64,000 nucleotides of DNA from an uncultured delta proteobacterium (GTDB lineage Bacteria > Desulfobacterota > Binatia > Binatales > Binataceae), in assembly GCA_963711565.1 (NCBI GenBank), contig CAVQEQ010000001.1, forward strand, positions 640,001 through 704,000, given 5' to 3'. Made by a program: the position numbers and the translations under genes. The notes beneath the pieces were generated by a model. That model made no database searches. It was not told where the DNA came from and worked only from the letters and a program-made list of their open reading frames with translations. Shown here piece after piece: positions 35,336-45,222 of this stretch. The number at the start of each line of letters is the position of its first letter. Position 1 is the stretch's first letter.

Positions 35336-37549
35336 TCAGACTTCGACTCGAACGCCACCCGATTTTTCTTTCACTTCGATCGCGGCGCCGTTCGGAGACC
35401 GCCGCAGCACGAACGAGACCCGGCCTGCGCCGACGCTCAACCCGTCGATGCTGAGCCAATCCAGCCACGATGGAATCAAGTGCGAGTCGAAGAGGACGCG
35501 GCGCTCGAACCCCAGCACGCGCATCCCAAGCATCGCCTGTAGGATCATGAAGACGCTGGCCGCCGACCACGCCTGCGGATAACACGCGACCGGATATGGC
35601 ACCGGACCGAGACCAGTCTCGCGCCGGAAGCCGCAGAACAGTTCCGGCAGACTCGAACTGCTGAGTTTCTCCGACGCCTCGAACAGGCCCGCGAGGACCT
35701 TGAGCACGCCGGCATGGTCGCCGGCGCGCGCGAGTCCAATTGCCGCCATCGCGTTGTCGTGCGGCCACACCGAGCCGTTGTGATAGCTCATCGGATTGTA
35801 GCGCTTTTCCTTGCCGGAGAGCGTGCGGATTCCCCAGCCGGAGTACATATCGTCGGCGAGCAATCGTTTGCACATCGACGCCGCGCGGTCGCCATCGACC
35901 AGTCCGGTCGCGAGGCAGTGAGCGCCGTTTGAAGTCATCACGCGGCACGGGCGTCCGTCGGCGTCGAGCGCGAGTGCTATCATGCCCTCGCGATCGAGCC
36001 AGAAATCCCGCTCAAAAGATTGTTTCAGAGCAGCGGCGCGGGTCAGCAGACGGTCGGCGACGCTGTCACGCCCGAGGCGCGATGCTACCGATGCGACATC
36101 CATGCATGCCGCGTAAACGTAGCCTTGCACCTCCGCGAGCGCGATCGGAGGACGCGCAAGCTGGCCGTCGTGATGAAAAATCGCGTCGGCGGAATCCTTC
36201 CAGCCCTGGTTGGCCAGCCCGCGCGGGGTTTCGCGCAGGTATTTGACGTATCCATCGCCGTCTCGATCGCCCCATCGTTCGATCCACTCGATGGCGCGTT
36301 CGACGTTGGGCCACAACTCGTCAGCGAGCTGAAGGTCTCCGGTGCACTCGATGCAACGTCCGTAGAGCCAGAGGAACAACGGAGTCGCGTCCACGCTGCC
36401 GTAGTATCTGCCAAACGGTACTTCGCCGAGCGCCGCCATTTCGCCGGTCCGAATCTCGTGCACGATCTTGCCCGGCTGCTCATCGCGCGCCACGTCGATC
36501 GATTCACCTTGAAGCCGCGCAAGGGTCCGCAATGTCCGAACCGCAATTTGAGGATGAAACGGAAGCACCGACAGCGCGGTTATTATGCTGTCGCGTCCGA
36601 AGAGCGTGGCGAACCACGGAACGCCCGCCATAATGAACGCGTCGCCGCGGTCGCCGCGCGCAACAATCGAGGTCAGATCGACGCCCGCACCGCGAATCAT
36701 CGTCGCGAATTCGTTGTTGCTGGCCGAGATGACGGCCCACTCGCGGCGGAATTCCGCGAGCTCCGACTGCCGTTCCGCGAGCGCCTCGCCGAAGTTCGAG
36801 GCACGACTCGGCGTAATCGACGAGTATGACTTCGATTCGCCGCCGGCCGTGATGCGGCATTCGAGTTCGCGGTTCTCACCCGGCTCGAGCCGTAGCGCGA
36901 ACACCGCGCGACTCTCGTTAATCTCGCTGGGCGTGGCATCAAAATGAATCTCGGTCGAACGCACGGCGTCATCGAGACCCCGGTAGCGAAGCTCGACGCG
37001 GCTGCCGTCAACCGAAGGACTCAGCATTTCACCGCGGCGCTTGCGGCGAAGGCCGCGTACTTCGAAGACATCGGCAAAATCAACGGCATAGTAAAAGTCG
37101 ATCTCAATCTCGACCGCGGCGTTTAAATAATTGTGCAGCGTCAGCCGATGGAACAGCGCGGTATCACCGAGCACCCATCCGCGGTTCGCCCGGATCGAGT
37201 TGCGGGGGAGCCAATCCTTCTGCCCCAGCTTGCCCAGATCGGCGTTGGTAAGCGTCGCCCGGAACTGCGCGCGATCGTCGCTCACATATGAGTTCAGAAA
37301 ATAGGGCTCGGCCCCGGAAATCAACACTTCGAAGCGGCCCAGATGCCGCGTATCGGAATAGAAGAATCCAAGCGCTTCGAGCGGTGAATCTATGATGTCG
37401 CCGGCCGTCTCAAATACCGCGAAACTGCGGCCGTTCGCGAGCACCTGACTTGCACGCCGCGACCCGAGCGAGGATGCCAGCACATAGTAGTCGGAGCCTA
37501 CCTTGACAACGGTCTGCGGCGGCGCGGTGGTAGCCCTGCGTTCTGCCAT
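35336..37549 (-). CDS. Amylo-alpha-1,6-glucosidase / GDE-N-domain (alpha/alpha)6 glycoside hydrolase
   Basis: AGVPWFATLFGRDS, EQPGKIVHE, YYGSVDATPL, NQGWKDS, YHNGSVWPHD, LPELFCG, AC.PQAWS. Confidence 0.9.
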   Translation of the reverse strand: MAERRATTAPPQTVVKVGSDYYVLASSLGSRRASQVLANGRSFAVFETAGDIIDSPLEALGFFYSDTRHLGRFEVLISGAEPYFLNSYVSDDRAQFRATLTNADLGKLGQKDWLPRNSIRANRGWVLGDTALFHRLTLHNYLNAAVEIEIDFYYAVDFADVFEVRGLRRKRRGEMLSPSVDGSRVELRYRGLDDAVRSTEIHFDATPSEINESRAVFALRLEPGENRELECRITAGGESKSYSSITPSRASNFGEALAERQSELAEFRREWAVISASNNEFATMIRGAGVDLTSIVARGDRGDAFIMAGVPWFATLFGRDSIITALSVLPFHPQIAVRTLRTLARLQGESIDVARDEQPGKIVHEIRTGEMAALGEVPFGRYYGSVDATPLFLWLYGRCIECTGDLQLADELWPNVERAIEWIERWGDRDGDGYVKYLRETPRGLANQGWKDSADAIFHHDGQLARPPIALAEVQGYVYAACMDVASVASRLGRDSVADRLLTRAAALKQSFERDFWLDREGMIALALDADGRPCRVMTSNGAHCLATGLVDGDRAASMCKRLLADDMYSGWGIRTLSGKEKRYNPMSYHNGSVWPHDNAMAAIGLARAGDHAGVLKVLAGLFEASEKLSSSSLPELFCGFRRETGLGPVPYPVACYPQAWSAASVFMILQAMLGMRVLGFERRVLFDSHLIPSWLDWLSIDGLSVGAGRVSFVLRRSPNGAAIEVKEKSGGVRVEV

Positions 37550-37618
37550 GTGCGTTGTGGAAGCGCGACGACTGTGGAAGCGGGCGCGCCGATCGATTCG
37601 CAGTCTATCACCGGCCGT

Positions 37619-38737
37619 CTATCGGCCGACAGCCGCCGTCTGCGTTTCGAATGCAGGCTCGATGGCGTCCAGGCCAATTAGCCGATAGTAGACGCGTTCG
37701 TATTTCGCAACCATCACTTCCGACGTGAAGCGTTCCTCGAACTCACGGCGGCAGCGCGCCCTCGGAATCGAATCGACCTTGCCGACCGCGGCGACCAACT
37801 CATCAACCTCGCGCGCAATAAATCCAGTGACGCCTGGTTTGATGACTTCCGGCACCGCTCCACATGGACGCGCAATAACGGGAGTGCCGCATGCCAGCGC
37901 TTCGATCATCGCGAGGCCGAACGGCTCGGGCCAATCGATCGAGAAGAGCAGGGCCAGTGCGCCGCCGAGGAAGTCGCTTTTCTGGACGTTGTCGATCTCG
38001 CCGATGTACTCGATCATCGGCGGCTCGATGCGCGGCTCGATCACCTCGGCAAAGTACTCCCGGTCAACCGCATCCACCTTGGCCGCGATTTTAAGCGGCA
38101 CCCCCGACCTCAGCGCGACGTCGATCGCAACGTCAATACCTTTTTCCGGCGATATCCGTCCGATGAAAGCGAGATAGTCCCCGCGTCGTTCGTTGAACCG
38201 GAGGAGATTGCGCGGAATCCCGTGATGCACTGTGGCAACCCAGTTCAGGTCCGCCAGCGGCGCGCGCTGCGAGTCGCTGATCGAGACCATCGCAGCGTTG
38301 GAGAATCGATTGTAAACCGGGTGAAGTTCAGGGATGTCGAGGCGTCCATGCATTGTCGAAACTGCCGGCACTCCCGTGAGGCTGGCGAACGGGAACGACC
38401 AATAGTCGATATGGGAATGCACGATGTCGAACCGGTCGCGGGCGGATTCGAAAACTTCCGCCAGCATCGCCAGCTGCAGAGAGCATCCGAGCTCCGGCTT
38501 GCCCAGAAGCCGCAGAGCCTCCCTGCATCCGGGGACGAGATTCGCTTGAGTTTTCGAATCGCCGGCCGCAAAGAGCGTGACTTCATGGCCGCGTCGAACA
38601 AGCTCTTCGGTGACGTACGAAACGACGCGCTCGGTGCCACCGTACAATCTCGGCGGCACGCTTTCATACAATGGAGCGACTTGTGCGATCCGTAACCGTC
38701 CGCTGCACGCCCCGCCGAAATTTCCGTTACTATCCAA
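37619..38737 (-). CDS. Glycosyltransferase family 4 protein
   Basis: RIAQVAPLYESVPPRLYGGTERVV, GRISPEKG, WPEPFGLAMIEALACGTPV. Confidence 0.93.
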   Translation of the reverse strand: MDSNGNFGGACSGRLRIAQVAPLYESVPPRLYGGTERVVSYVTEELVRRGHEVTLFAAGDSKTQANLVPGCREALRLLGKPELGCSLQLAMLAEVFESARDRFDIVHSHIDYWSFPFASLTGVPAVSTMHGRLDIPELHPVYNRFSNAAMVSISDSQRAPLADLNWVATVHHGIPRNLLRFNERRGDYLAFIGRISPEKGIDVAIDVALRSGVPLKIAAKVDAVDREYFAEVIEPRIEPPMIEYIGEIDNVQKSDFLGGALALLFSIDWPEPFGLAMIEALACGTPVIARPCGAVPEVIKPGVTGFIAREVDELVAAVGKVDSIPRARCRREFEERFTSEVMVAKYERVYYRLIGLDAIEPAFETQTAAVGR

Positions 38738-38738
38738 T

Positions 38739-38861
38739 TTAGTTATCTCCTGACAGTTCGCCTGGCACGACGGCGGCGATCACGAGCAAAAATTGTTCGA
38801 AGGTCATGCCCACGAGATGGAAGCCTCTCTGGCAGAATAGGAATGCGTACAGATCGAGCAT
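38739..38861 (-). CDS. Putative small protein (about 40 aa; start may lie further upstream)
   Basis: MLDLYAFLFCQRGFHLVGMTFEQFLLVIAAVVPGELSGDN*; the stop lies 1 nt from the GT4 start and the ORF fills the operon gap. Confidence 0.35.
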   Translation of the reverse strand: MLDLYAFLFCQRGFHLVGMTFEQFLLVIAAVVPGELSGDN

Positions 38862-38940
38862 TTCGTCGCGAATGGATGTGGGCAACGTCGGAACCGACGA
38901 CGCAAGCGGGAAGTCCCGGGGTTCCACCCGGTCGAAGACT

Positions 38941-40008
38941 TCATTGCCAACCCTGAGAGCTTTTATACCGGTTGATTTGCTCCTGGAGGCCTGGAATCGC
39001 AAAAGATTTGCTCTGGGTGACACTTTGGTTCCCTCCCGAAAAGCTACCGCCGTCGCTTGAGATGGCCGCGAGCAACCGTCTGGCATCGCCTAAATCGCTC
39101 CAGCTGACTCCGGTGACGGGCAAGACCGAAAATTCCTCCGGAAATCTGGACAGCACGCTAACAGAGAAATCCGTCGTCGGCAGATCGCGAAAGATCGTGC
39201 GCAAGCTTTCCTCTTCTGACGCAGCATCGGCGAACGATTCGGTCGGCCTGAATATGCTGTACATCCCCGGCAGCGCGCTCGCGATCAACGACAGAAGAGT
39301 CATCGCGTTTGCGACGAGAATAAAGCTGTTCCAAAGGCATTTGCGGCGGTACAGATTGAGCGCGATCTCGGGCGAAGGCTTCTCCCAGAAGTGGCGAATC
39401 TGGTTGATTTGCCCCAACTCCGGATGCATCGGCGCTACGGAAGCGCCGGATTCGATCCAACCGTATTCAGTTTCGGGACCGTCCGGATTAATACCCAGCA
39501 CGACTGTGAGCCGAGGTGCGAGTTCGACGGCGCAGAAAGCCGCGGAGACGTGGCGCATGAATCTTAGATCGTCGCTGACGTAATGATCCGAGGGAAAGAT
39601 AGCCACAGGGCCTGTGTGTCCCTCCTCAATCAGCCGAAGCAGCGCGCCCAGAATGGCGGGAGCCGTTCCGCGATTTTCCGGCTGGATGAGAATATTCGAT
39701 GTCGTGCTTCCCCCAAGGATCGGGCCGAAGAACCGTTCATGTGCCCTGGTGAACACGGTTATCGTTTGCGCAGGTGGAACGACCATCAACGTCCTGCGCA
39801 TCGTCCGTTCGAGCAATGTCTCTCCATCGAACAGAGGACAGAACTGCTTCGGCAGGTGATATCCAAAGACCTTCCGCGTGAAGGAACTGAGTCGGACTCC
39901 TTCTCCTCCCGCAAGAACTACGGCGGCATAATTGGATACCTCGGGTCGCGCGGCGGCGGAGAGTGCTGAATGCATCCCGCCGCGATGAGTCGTGCCGACT
40001 CTGGGCAT
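38941..40008 (-). CDS. Mannose-1-phosphate guanylyltransferase-like sugar-phosphate nucleotidyltransferase
   Basis: VVLAGGEGVRL, PKQF, QPENRGTAPA, FPSDH, ETEYGWIE, FWEKP, WSDLG. Confidence 0.88.
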   Translation of the reverse strand: MPRVGTTHRGGMHSALSAAARPEVSNYAAVVLAGGEGVRLSSFTRKVFGYHLPKQFCPLFDGETLLERTMRRTLMVVPPAQTITVFTRAHERFFGPILGGSTTSNILIQPENRGTAPAILGALLRLIEEGHTGPVAIFPSDHYVSDDLRFMRHVSAAFCAVELAPRLTVVLGINPDGPETEYGWIESGASVAPMHPELGQINQIRHFWEKPSPEIALNLYRRKCLWNSFILVANAMTLLSLIASALPGMYSIFRPTESFADAASEEESLRTIFRDLPTTDFSVSVLSRFPEEFSVLPVTGVSWSDLGDARRLLAAISSDGGSFSGGNQSVTQSKSFAIPGLQEQINRYKSSQGWQ

Positions 40009-40070
40009 TGGACTATCTCCAGTCGTTGTTAAGTTCGACGCACGGGCAAAGATGCTCGCGCACAGAATGA

Positions 40071-40086
40071 AGCAATGGATGTGCCG
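40071..40086 (-). promoter_or_regulatory. Sigma54 promoter for the nucleotidyltransferase-GT4-hydrolase operon
   Basis: CGGCAC-ATCCA-TTGCT, about 60 nt upstream of ATG 40008. Confidence 0.7.
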
Positions 40087-40357
40087 TAAATTATCTGCGA
40101 GTGCAGGTCGGTTTTGCGGGCGCGAATGTGAATTCAGAAGATTTTACCTGCAGTAACCGTTGATCTCCTCTGGCGAGAATTCAACGCGTGAGGCGGTATC
40201 CGCACTCGCATCGTGTCAGCCAGGAGCGACGCGACAAGACTCGGCAAACCCCACCCCAACCTCATCGCCAGACGCCGCTTCTGGTAAATTTTTTCATAGT
40301 AGCTGAAGAAATTACCTGGCATTCCTCGAAAACTTATCGATTCCACGGACTACACGA

Positions 40358-40373
40358 TGGCCCCGCTCTTGCT
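40358..40373 (+). promoter_or_regulatory. Sigma54 promoter for the glgX-treYZ operon
   Basis: TGGC-CCCGCTC-TTGCT (GG-N10-GC), about 70 nt upstream of ATG 40443. Confidence 0.65.
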
Positions 40374-40442
40374 GCCTCGCATTTGCGGCCCTTCTTGCGT
40401 GGATGGAGAAACGTCTCGCAACTCAAGAGACGGCTTGGTCCG

Positions 40443-42578
40443 ATGAACGGCACAATCAGAACGATGCCCGGCAATCCCTATCCGCAGGGAGCTAACTGGG
40501 ACGGGGCCGGCGTGAACTTTTCGCTGTTCAGTGAAAACGCGACCTCGGTGGAGCTATGCCTTTACGATGATCGCGACGCGAATCTCGAGACCCACCGGAT
40601 TCCAGTCACCGAGCAAACGGATCGCGTGTGGCACATTTATTTGACGGGCGTCAAACCGGGCTTGAGATACGGTTATCGGGTCCACGGACCTTACGAGCCC
40701 AACAACGGCCATCGTTTCAATCCGGCCAAGCTGCTGGTGGATCCGTACGCAAAGTCAATCGACGGGTTCTTGCACTGGGACGATGCCTTATTTGGCTACA
40801 CGATAGGTCATCCCGACGAGGATCTAAGCCGCGACGATCGTGACAGCGCGCCGTTCGTCCCGAGGAGCGTAGTAGTCGATCCTTACTTCGACTGGCGCAA
40901 CGACGCATTGCTGCGCATTCCCTGGCACGAGACGATAATTTACGAGCTGCACGTCAAAGGCTTCACGATGCTGCATCCGGAAATCCCGGAAGACCTGCGC
41001 GGCACGTACGCAGCGCTCGCGCATCCCGCATCTATCGAGTACCTGACCAAGCTCGGAATTACCTCGATCGAGCTGATGCCGATACATCATTCAGTCGCCG
41101 ATCGGCACCTCATCGAGCGCGGCCTTACCAACTACTGGGGATACAATTCGCTGGGATTTTTTGCGCCTGACGCGCGCTTCTCCGCGGCCGGTTCAGCCGG
41201 AGAGCAGGTCGCCGAATTCAAGAATATGGTTCGGACGCTGCACAGCGCCGGCCTCGAGGTCCTGCTCGATGTGGTTTACAACCACACCGCGGAGGGCAAC
41301 CAGCTGGGCCCGACAGTTTGCTTCAGGGGAATCGATAACACTGCATACTATCGCGGCATGGACGGGCAGCCGCGCTACTACATGGATTACACCGGATGCG
41401 GCAACACGTTGAACATGCGCCATCCGCGCACGCTGCAACTGCTGATGGACAGCTTGCGCTACTGGGTAACGGAAATGCATGTCAACGGATTCCGTTTCGA
41501 CCTGGCGGCAGCGTTGGCAAGAGAGCTTCACGAGGTCGACCGCCTCGGAGCATTTTTCGACATTATTCATCAAGACCCAATCCTGTCGCAGGTAAAGTTG
41601 ATCGCCGAACCGTGGGATTTGGGCGAAGGCGGCTACCAGGTCGGGAACTTTCCGGTGTTGTGGTCGGAATGGAACGGCCGTTATCGCGACTGCGTCCGGG
41701 ACTATTGGCGTGGATCCGACCAAAGGCTGGCCGAGTTCGCATCACGGCTGACCGGCAGCTCAGATCTGTACGAATCGGGCGGCCGCAAGCCTTACGCCAG
41801 CGTGAATTTTCTAACCGCCCATGATGGCTTCACGCTGAACGACCTCGTCAGTTACAACGATCGGCACAACGAAAAAAACGTCGAAGATAATCGCGACGGC
41901 GAGTCCGACAATCGATCGTGGAATTGCGGCGCCGAGGGTCTTACCGATGACCCTCGCATAAGCATGTTGCGAGCCCGGCAGAAGCGCAACTTCGTAGCGA
42001 CCCTCTTCCTGTCGCTGGGCGTCCCGATGTTACTCGCCGGCGACGAATTCGGCCGGTCTCAACAAGGAAACAACAACGCCTACTGCCAGGACAACGAAAT
42101 TTCCTGGTTGGACTGGCAAAACATCGACAGCGACCAGCTCGCCTTTACCCGGCAGATCATCGAGTTCAGCAAGCAGCATCCGGTGTTTCGACGGCGGAAA
42201 TGGTTCCAGGGAAGGTCGATTCGCGGCAGCGACGTAAACGATCTTGCGTGGTTTCGGCCCGATGGAGAACCGATGTCGGACGAAGACTGGGGCGCAGGTT
42301 TCGCGAAGTCGTTGGGAGTGTTTCTCAACGGCGACGAGATCCCCAGCGTCAACGCGGCCGGCAGGCGCGTTCTCGATCAGTCCTTCTACCTGATTTTCAA
42401 CGCTCATTGGGAACCGGTGGAATTTACGCTCCCATCCGAGCGCTGGGGACAGAGTTGGATCCGGGTGCTGGACACCAGAAACGGAACAGCGCCGACCGAG
42501 GGCGAATGGCAGCGCGCCGCCGGGACCAGGATGAATATCGAGTCCCGATCCCTGGTGGTGATGAGCCGTGTTGCCTGA
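40443..42578 (+). CDS. glgX: Glycogen debranching enzyme (isoamylase, GH13)
   Basis: GVNFSLFS, NPAKLLVDPYAK, YELHVKGFT, NYWGYNS, DVVYNHTAEG, GFRFDLA, IAEPWD, TAHDGFTL, QGNNNAYCQDNE. Confidence 0.95.
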   Translation: MNGTIRTMPGNPYPQGANWDGAGVNFSLFSENATSVELCLYDDRDANLETHRIPVTEQTDRVWHIYLTGVKPGLRYGYRVHGPYEPNNGHRFNPAKLLVDPYAKSIDGFLHWDDALFGYTIGHPDEDLSRDDRDSAPFVPRSVVVDPYFDWRNDALLRIPWHETIIYELHVKGFTMLHPEIPEDLRGTYAALAHPASIEYLTKLGITSIELMPIHHSVADRHLIERGLTNYWGYNSLGFFAPDARFSAAGSAGEQVAEFKNMVRTLHSAGLEVLLDVVYNHTAEGNQLGPTVCFRGIDNTAYYRGMDGQPRYYMDYTGCGNTLNMRHPRTLQLLMDSLRYWVTEMHVNGFRFDLAAALARELHEVDRLGAFFDIIHQDPILSQVKLIAEPWDLGEGGYQVGNFPVLWSEWNGRYRDCVRDYWRGSDQRLAEFASRLTGSSDLYESGGRKPYASVNFLTAHDGFTLNDLVSYNDRHNEKNVEDNRDGESDNRSWNCGAEGLTDDPRISMLRARQKRNFVATLFLSLGVPMLLAGDEFGRSQQGNNNAYCQDNEISWLDWQNIDSDQLAFTRQIIEFSKQHPVFRRRKWFQGRSIRGSDVNDLAWFRPDGEPMSDEDWGAGFAKSLGVFLNGDEIPSVNAAGRRVLDQSFYLIFNAHWEPVEFTLPSERWGQSWIRVLDTRNGTAPTEGEWQRAAGTRMNIESRSLVVMSRVA

Positions 42579-45222
42579 GCCGCTATCTACTTACCGCATC
42601 CAACTGAATAGCCACTTCGGCTTCGACGATGCGGCGAAGATAATTCCCTACCTGGAAGAACTGGGTATCGGCCAACTCTATTGCTCTCCCGTTTTCCAGG
42701 CGGTGGCGGGAAGTACTCACGGCTACGACGTGGTGAATCACTCGAAGGTAAGTCCCGAGTTGGGCGGCGAGAGTGGGTATGATCGAATGTGCGACGCGCT
42801 AAAGCGGTCGGGGATGGGCCAGATGCTCGACATCGTGCCGAATCACATGGCGATCGACCGCGAGAATCCGTGGTGGTGGGACGTCCTCGAAAACGGTCCG
42901 TCGAGCGCGTACGCGGAGTTTTTCGACGTTGATTGGGAACCGCCGGAACGCCGCCTCCACAACGTGGTGCTGATGCCGGTGCTCGAGGATCAGTACGGCG
43001 TCATGCTCGAGACTGGAAAACTTAAGGTTGTGCGCGAGGGGGGCATGTTCGAGGTGCGCAACGGCCACAGCGTGTTCCCGGTTGCACCGCGTTCCCTGTG
43101 GCAAATTCTTGCGCCCGCGGCGGTGAAATGCGGAAGCGATGCGCTGGCGTTCCTTGCCGACGGCTTCGACGCATTGCCGTCGCCGGCGGCTACCGATCTC
43201 AAGAGCATATCGCGGCGGCATCGCGACAAATTGTTCCTGGCCGAGATGCTGACAAAATTGCTGAACGAGGATCCGGTGGCGGCAGGCGCGATCGACGAAG
43301 TGGTCGCCCAATTGAACGCGGACCCTGACCTCTTGCACGAACTGCTCGAGCAGCAGAACTACCGCGTTGCGTATTGGCGAATGGCATCGCGCGATCTCGA
43401 TTACCGGCGCTTCTTCGATATCAACTCGCTCATCGGTCTCAGAATCGAGCACGAACGGGTATTCTACGCGACTCACAAGTTGGTGATGCGTTGGGTAGGC
43501 CAGGGGCGTTTAACGGGTCTGCGAGTCGATCATCCGGACGGATTGCGCGATCCGCTGGAATACTTTCAACGCCTGCGGACGGCGTGCCCTGATATCTCGA
43601 TCGTCGCCGAGAAGATTCTGCTTGGCTCCGAAAGGGCTCGTGACTCGTGGCCGATAGACGGCACGACCGGTTACGATTTTATGAACATCGTCGGCCGATT
43701 GCTGGTCGATCCCGCCGGCGCGCAGCCATTGACCGATTTTTATCGTGAGTTCACCGGTGAGCCGGCCGACTATGCCGCGCTGGTTCGCGCGCGAAAACAA
43801 TTCTCGATGCGCGATACGCTGGGCAGCGAGATCAACACGCTCACGGCAATGCTGCTGGAGCTGTGCGAAGCTGACCGCCTCCACCGCGACCACACGCGCC
43901 ACGAGGCGCACGAGGTCATCCGCGCCGCGCTGGCGTGCATGCCCGTTTACCGCACGTACGTTCGCGAGCCTCGCGAAGTCGCGCCTGAAGATGACTGTCT
44001 GATCGCGGCCGCGATTGAGGCCGCCAAGGAGTATCGTCCTGACCTCGACGCGCGCTTGTTCGATTTTTTGCGCGAGATCCTGGCGCTCCGAACAGGCGGC
44101 AAGACAGGCACCGAGCTGGCTCTGCGATTTCAACAGATTTCGGCCGCTGTGATGGCGAAGGGCGTCGAGGACACTGCCTTTTATTCCTTCAATCGGATGC
44201 TCGCGCTCAATGAGGTCGGCGGGGATCCTGATTGCTTTGGCGTCACGCCCGCGCAGTTCCTCGCATGGTGCCGGCGGACACATCGTCGATGGCCACATAC
44301 GATGCTGGCGACCTCGACGCACGACACCAAGCGCAGCGAAGATGTGCGGGCGCGGCTCTTTCTTATTTCGGAGGAGCCCGAGCGATGGAGCCAGGCGGTA
44401 ACGCATTGGGCCGCGATCAACGAGCACCATCGCAGCGGCGAGATGCCGGATCGGAATATCGAATATCATCTCTACCAATCTATGGTCGGCGCATGGCCGA
44501 TCGAAAAATCGCGTCTGCAAGCGTATGCGCAAAAGGCGGCCCGTGAAGCCAAGGTCCACACCTCGTGGACCGATCCAGTGCCTGCGTATGAAGCCGCGGT
44601 CCGCGAGTTCATCGACGGCATCTATGACGATTCGAACTTCATCGCGTCGCTGAATGAATTCGTCGCCTCGGTGATTTATCCGGGGCGGATAAATTCGCTC
44701 GCGCAAACGCTGATCAAGCTGACCGCGCCCGGCGCACCGGACTTCTACCAGGGCTCGGAGCTCTGGAACCTTGCGCTCGTCGACCCCGACAACCGCCGAC
44801 CGCAAGATTTTGATCTACGCAGAAAGCTGCTCGCCGAACTCAAACACGCTACGCCGGAAGAAGTGATGGCGCGTATCGACGACGGGATGCCCAAGCTCTG
44901 GCTGATCCGCAATGGACTTGCTCTGCGCAGGCGGCGCCCCGAATGGTTCGGCGCGCAGGCGGGAATCGAACCGATCGGGGTGAGCGGCGCCCGTCGCGAC
45001 CACGTCGTTGCATTCACGCGCGGCGAATCGGTCATCACGGTCGTGCCGCGACTAGTGGCCAAGCTTGCCGGCGACTGGCGCGACACTGAAGTCGAGCTGC
45101 CGCGCGGCGACTGGGCGAATCAGCTGACGGGCGAGCTATTGCAGGGTGGTCCGGCCCGTGTCGCCGATCTGATGCGTAGATTTCCGGTCGCATTGCTCGC
45201 GCGGGAAAGGATCTCGCCGTGA
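42568..45222 (+). CDS. treY: Malto-oligosyltrehalose synthase
   Basis: STYRIQL, GSTHGYDV, DIVPNHM, YRRFFDIN, GLRVDHPDGL, AKGVEDTAFY, TSTHDTKRSED, LVDPDNRRP. Confidence 0.95.
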   Translation: MLPEPLSTYRIQLNSHFGFDDAAKIIPYLEELGIGQLYCSPVFQAVAGSTHGYDVVNHSKVSPELGGESGYDRMCDALKRSGMGQMLDIVPNHMAIDRENPWWWDVLENGPSSAYAEFFDVDWEPPERRLHNVVLMPVLEDQYGVMLETGKLKVVREGGMFEVRNGHSVFPVAPRSLWQILAPAAVKCGSDALAFLADGFDALPSPAATDLKSISRRHRDKLFLAEMLTKLLNEDPVAAGAIDEVVAQLNADPDLLHELLEQQNYRVAYWRMASRDLDYRRFFDINSLIGLRIEHERVFYATHKLVMRWVGQGRLTGLRVDHPDGLRDPLEYFQRLRTACPDISIVAEKILLGSERARDSWPIDGTTGYDFMNIVGRLLVDPAGAQPLTDFYREFTGEPADYAALVRARKQFSMRDTLGSEINTLTAMLLELCEADRLHRDHTRHEAHEVIRAALACMPVYRTYVREPREVAPEDDCLIAAAIEAAKEYRPDLDARLFDFLREILALRTGGKTGTELALRFQQISAAVMAKGVEDTAFYSFNRMLALNEVGGDPDCFGVTPAQFLAWCRRTHRRWPHTMLATSTHDTKRSEDVRARLFLISEEPERWSQAVTHWAAINEHHRSGEMPDRNIEYHLYQSMVGAWPIEKSRLQAYAQKAAREAKVHTSWTDPVPAYEAAVREFIDGIYDDSNFIASLNEFVASVIYPGRINSLAQTLIKLTAPGAPDFYQGSELWNLALVDPDNRRPQDFDLRRKLLAELKHATPEEVMARIDDGMPKLWLIRNGLALRRRRPEWFGAQAGIEPIGVSGARRDHVVAFTRGESVITVVPRLVAKLAGDWRDTEVELPRGDWANQLTGELLQGGPARVADLMRRFPVALLARERISP

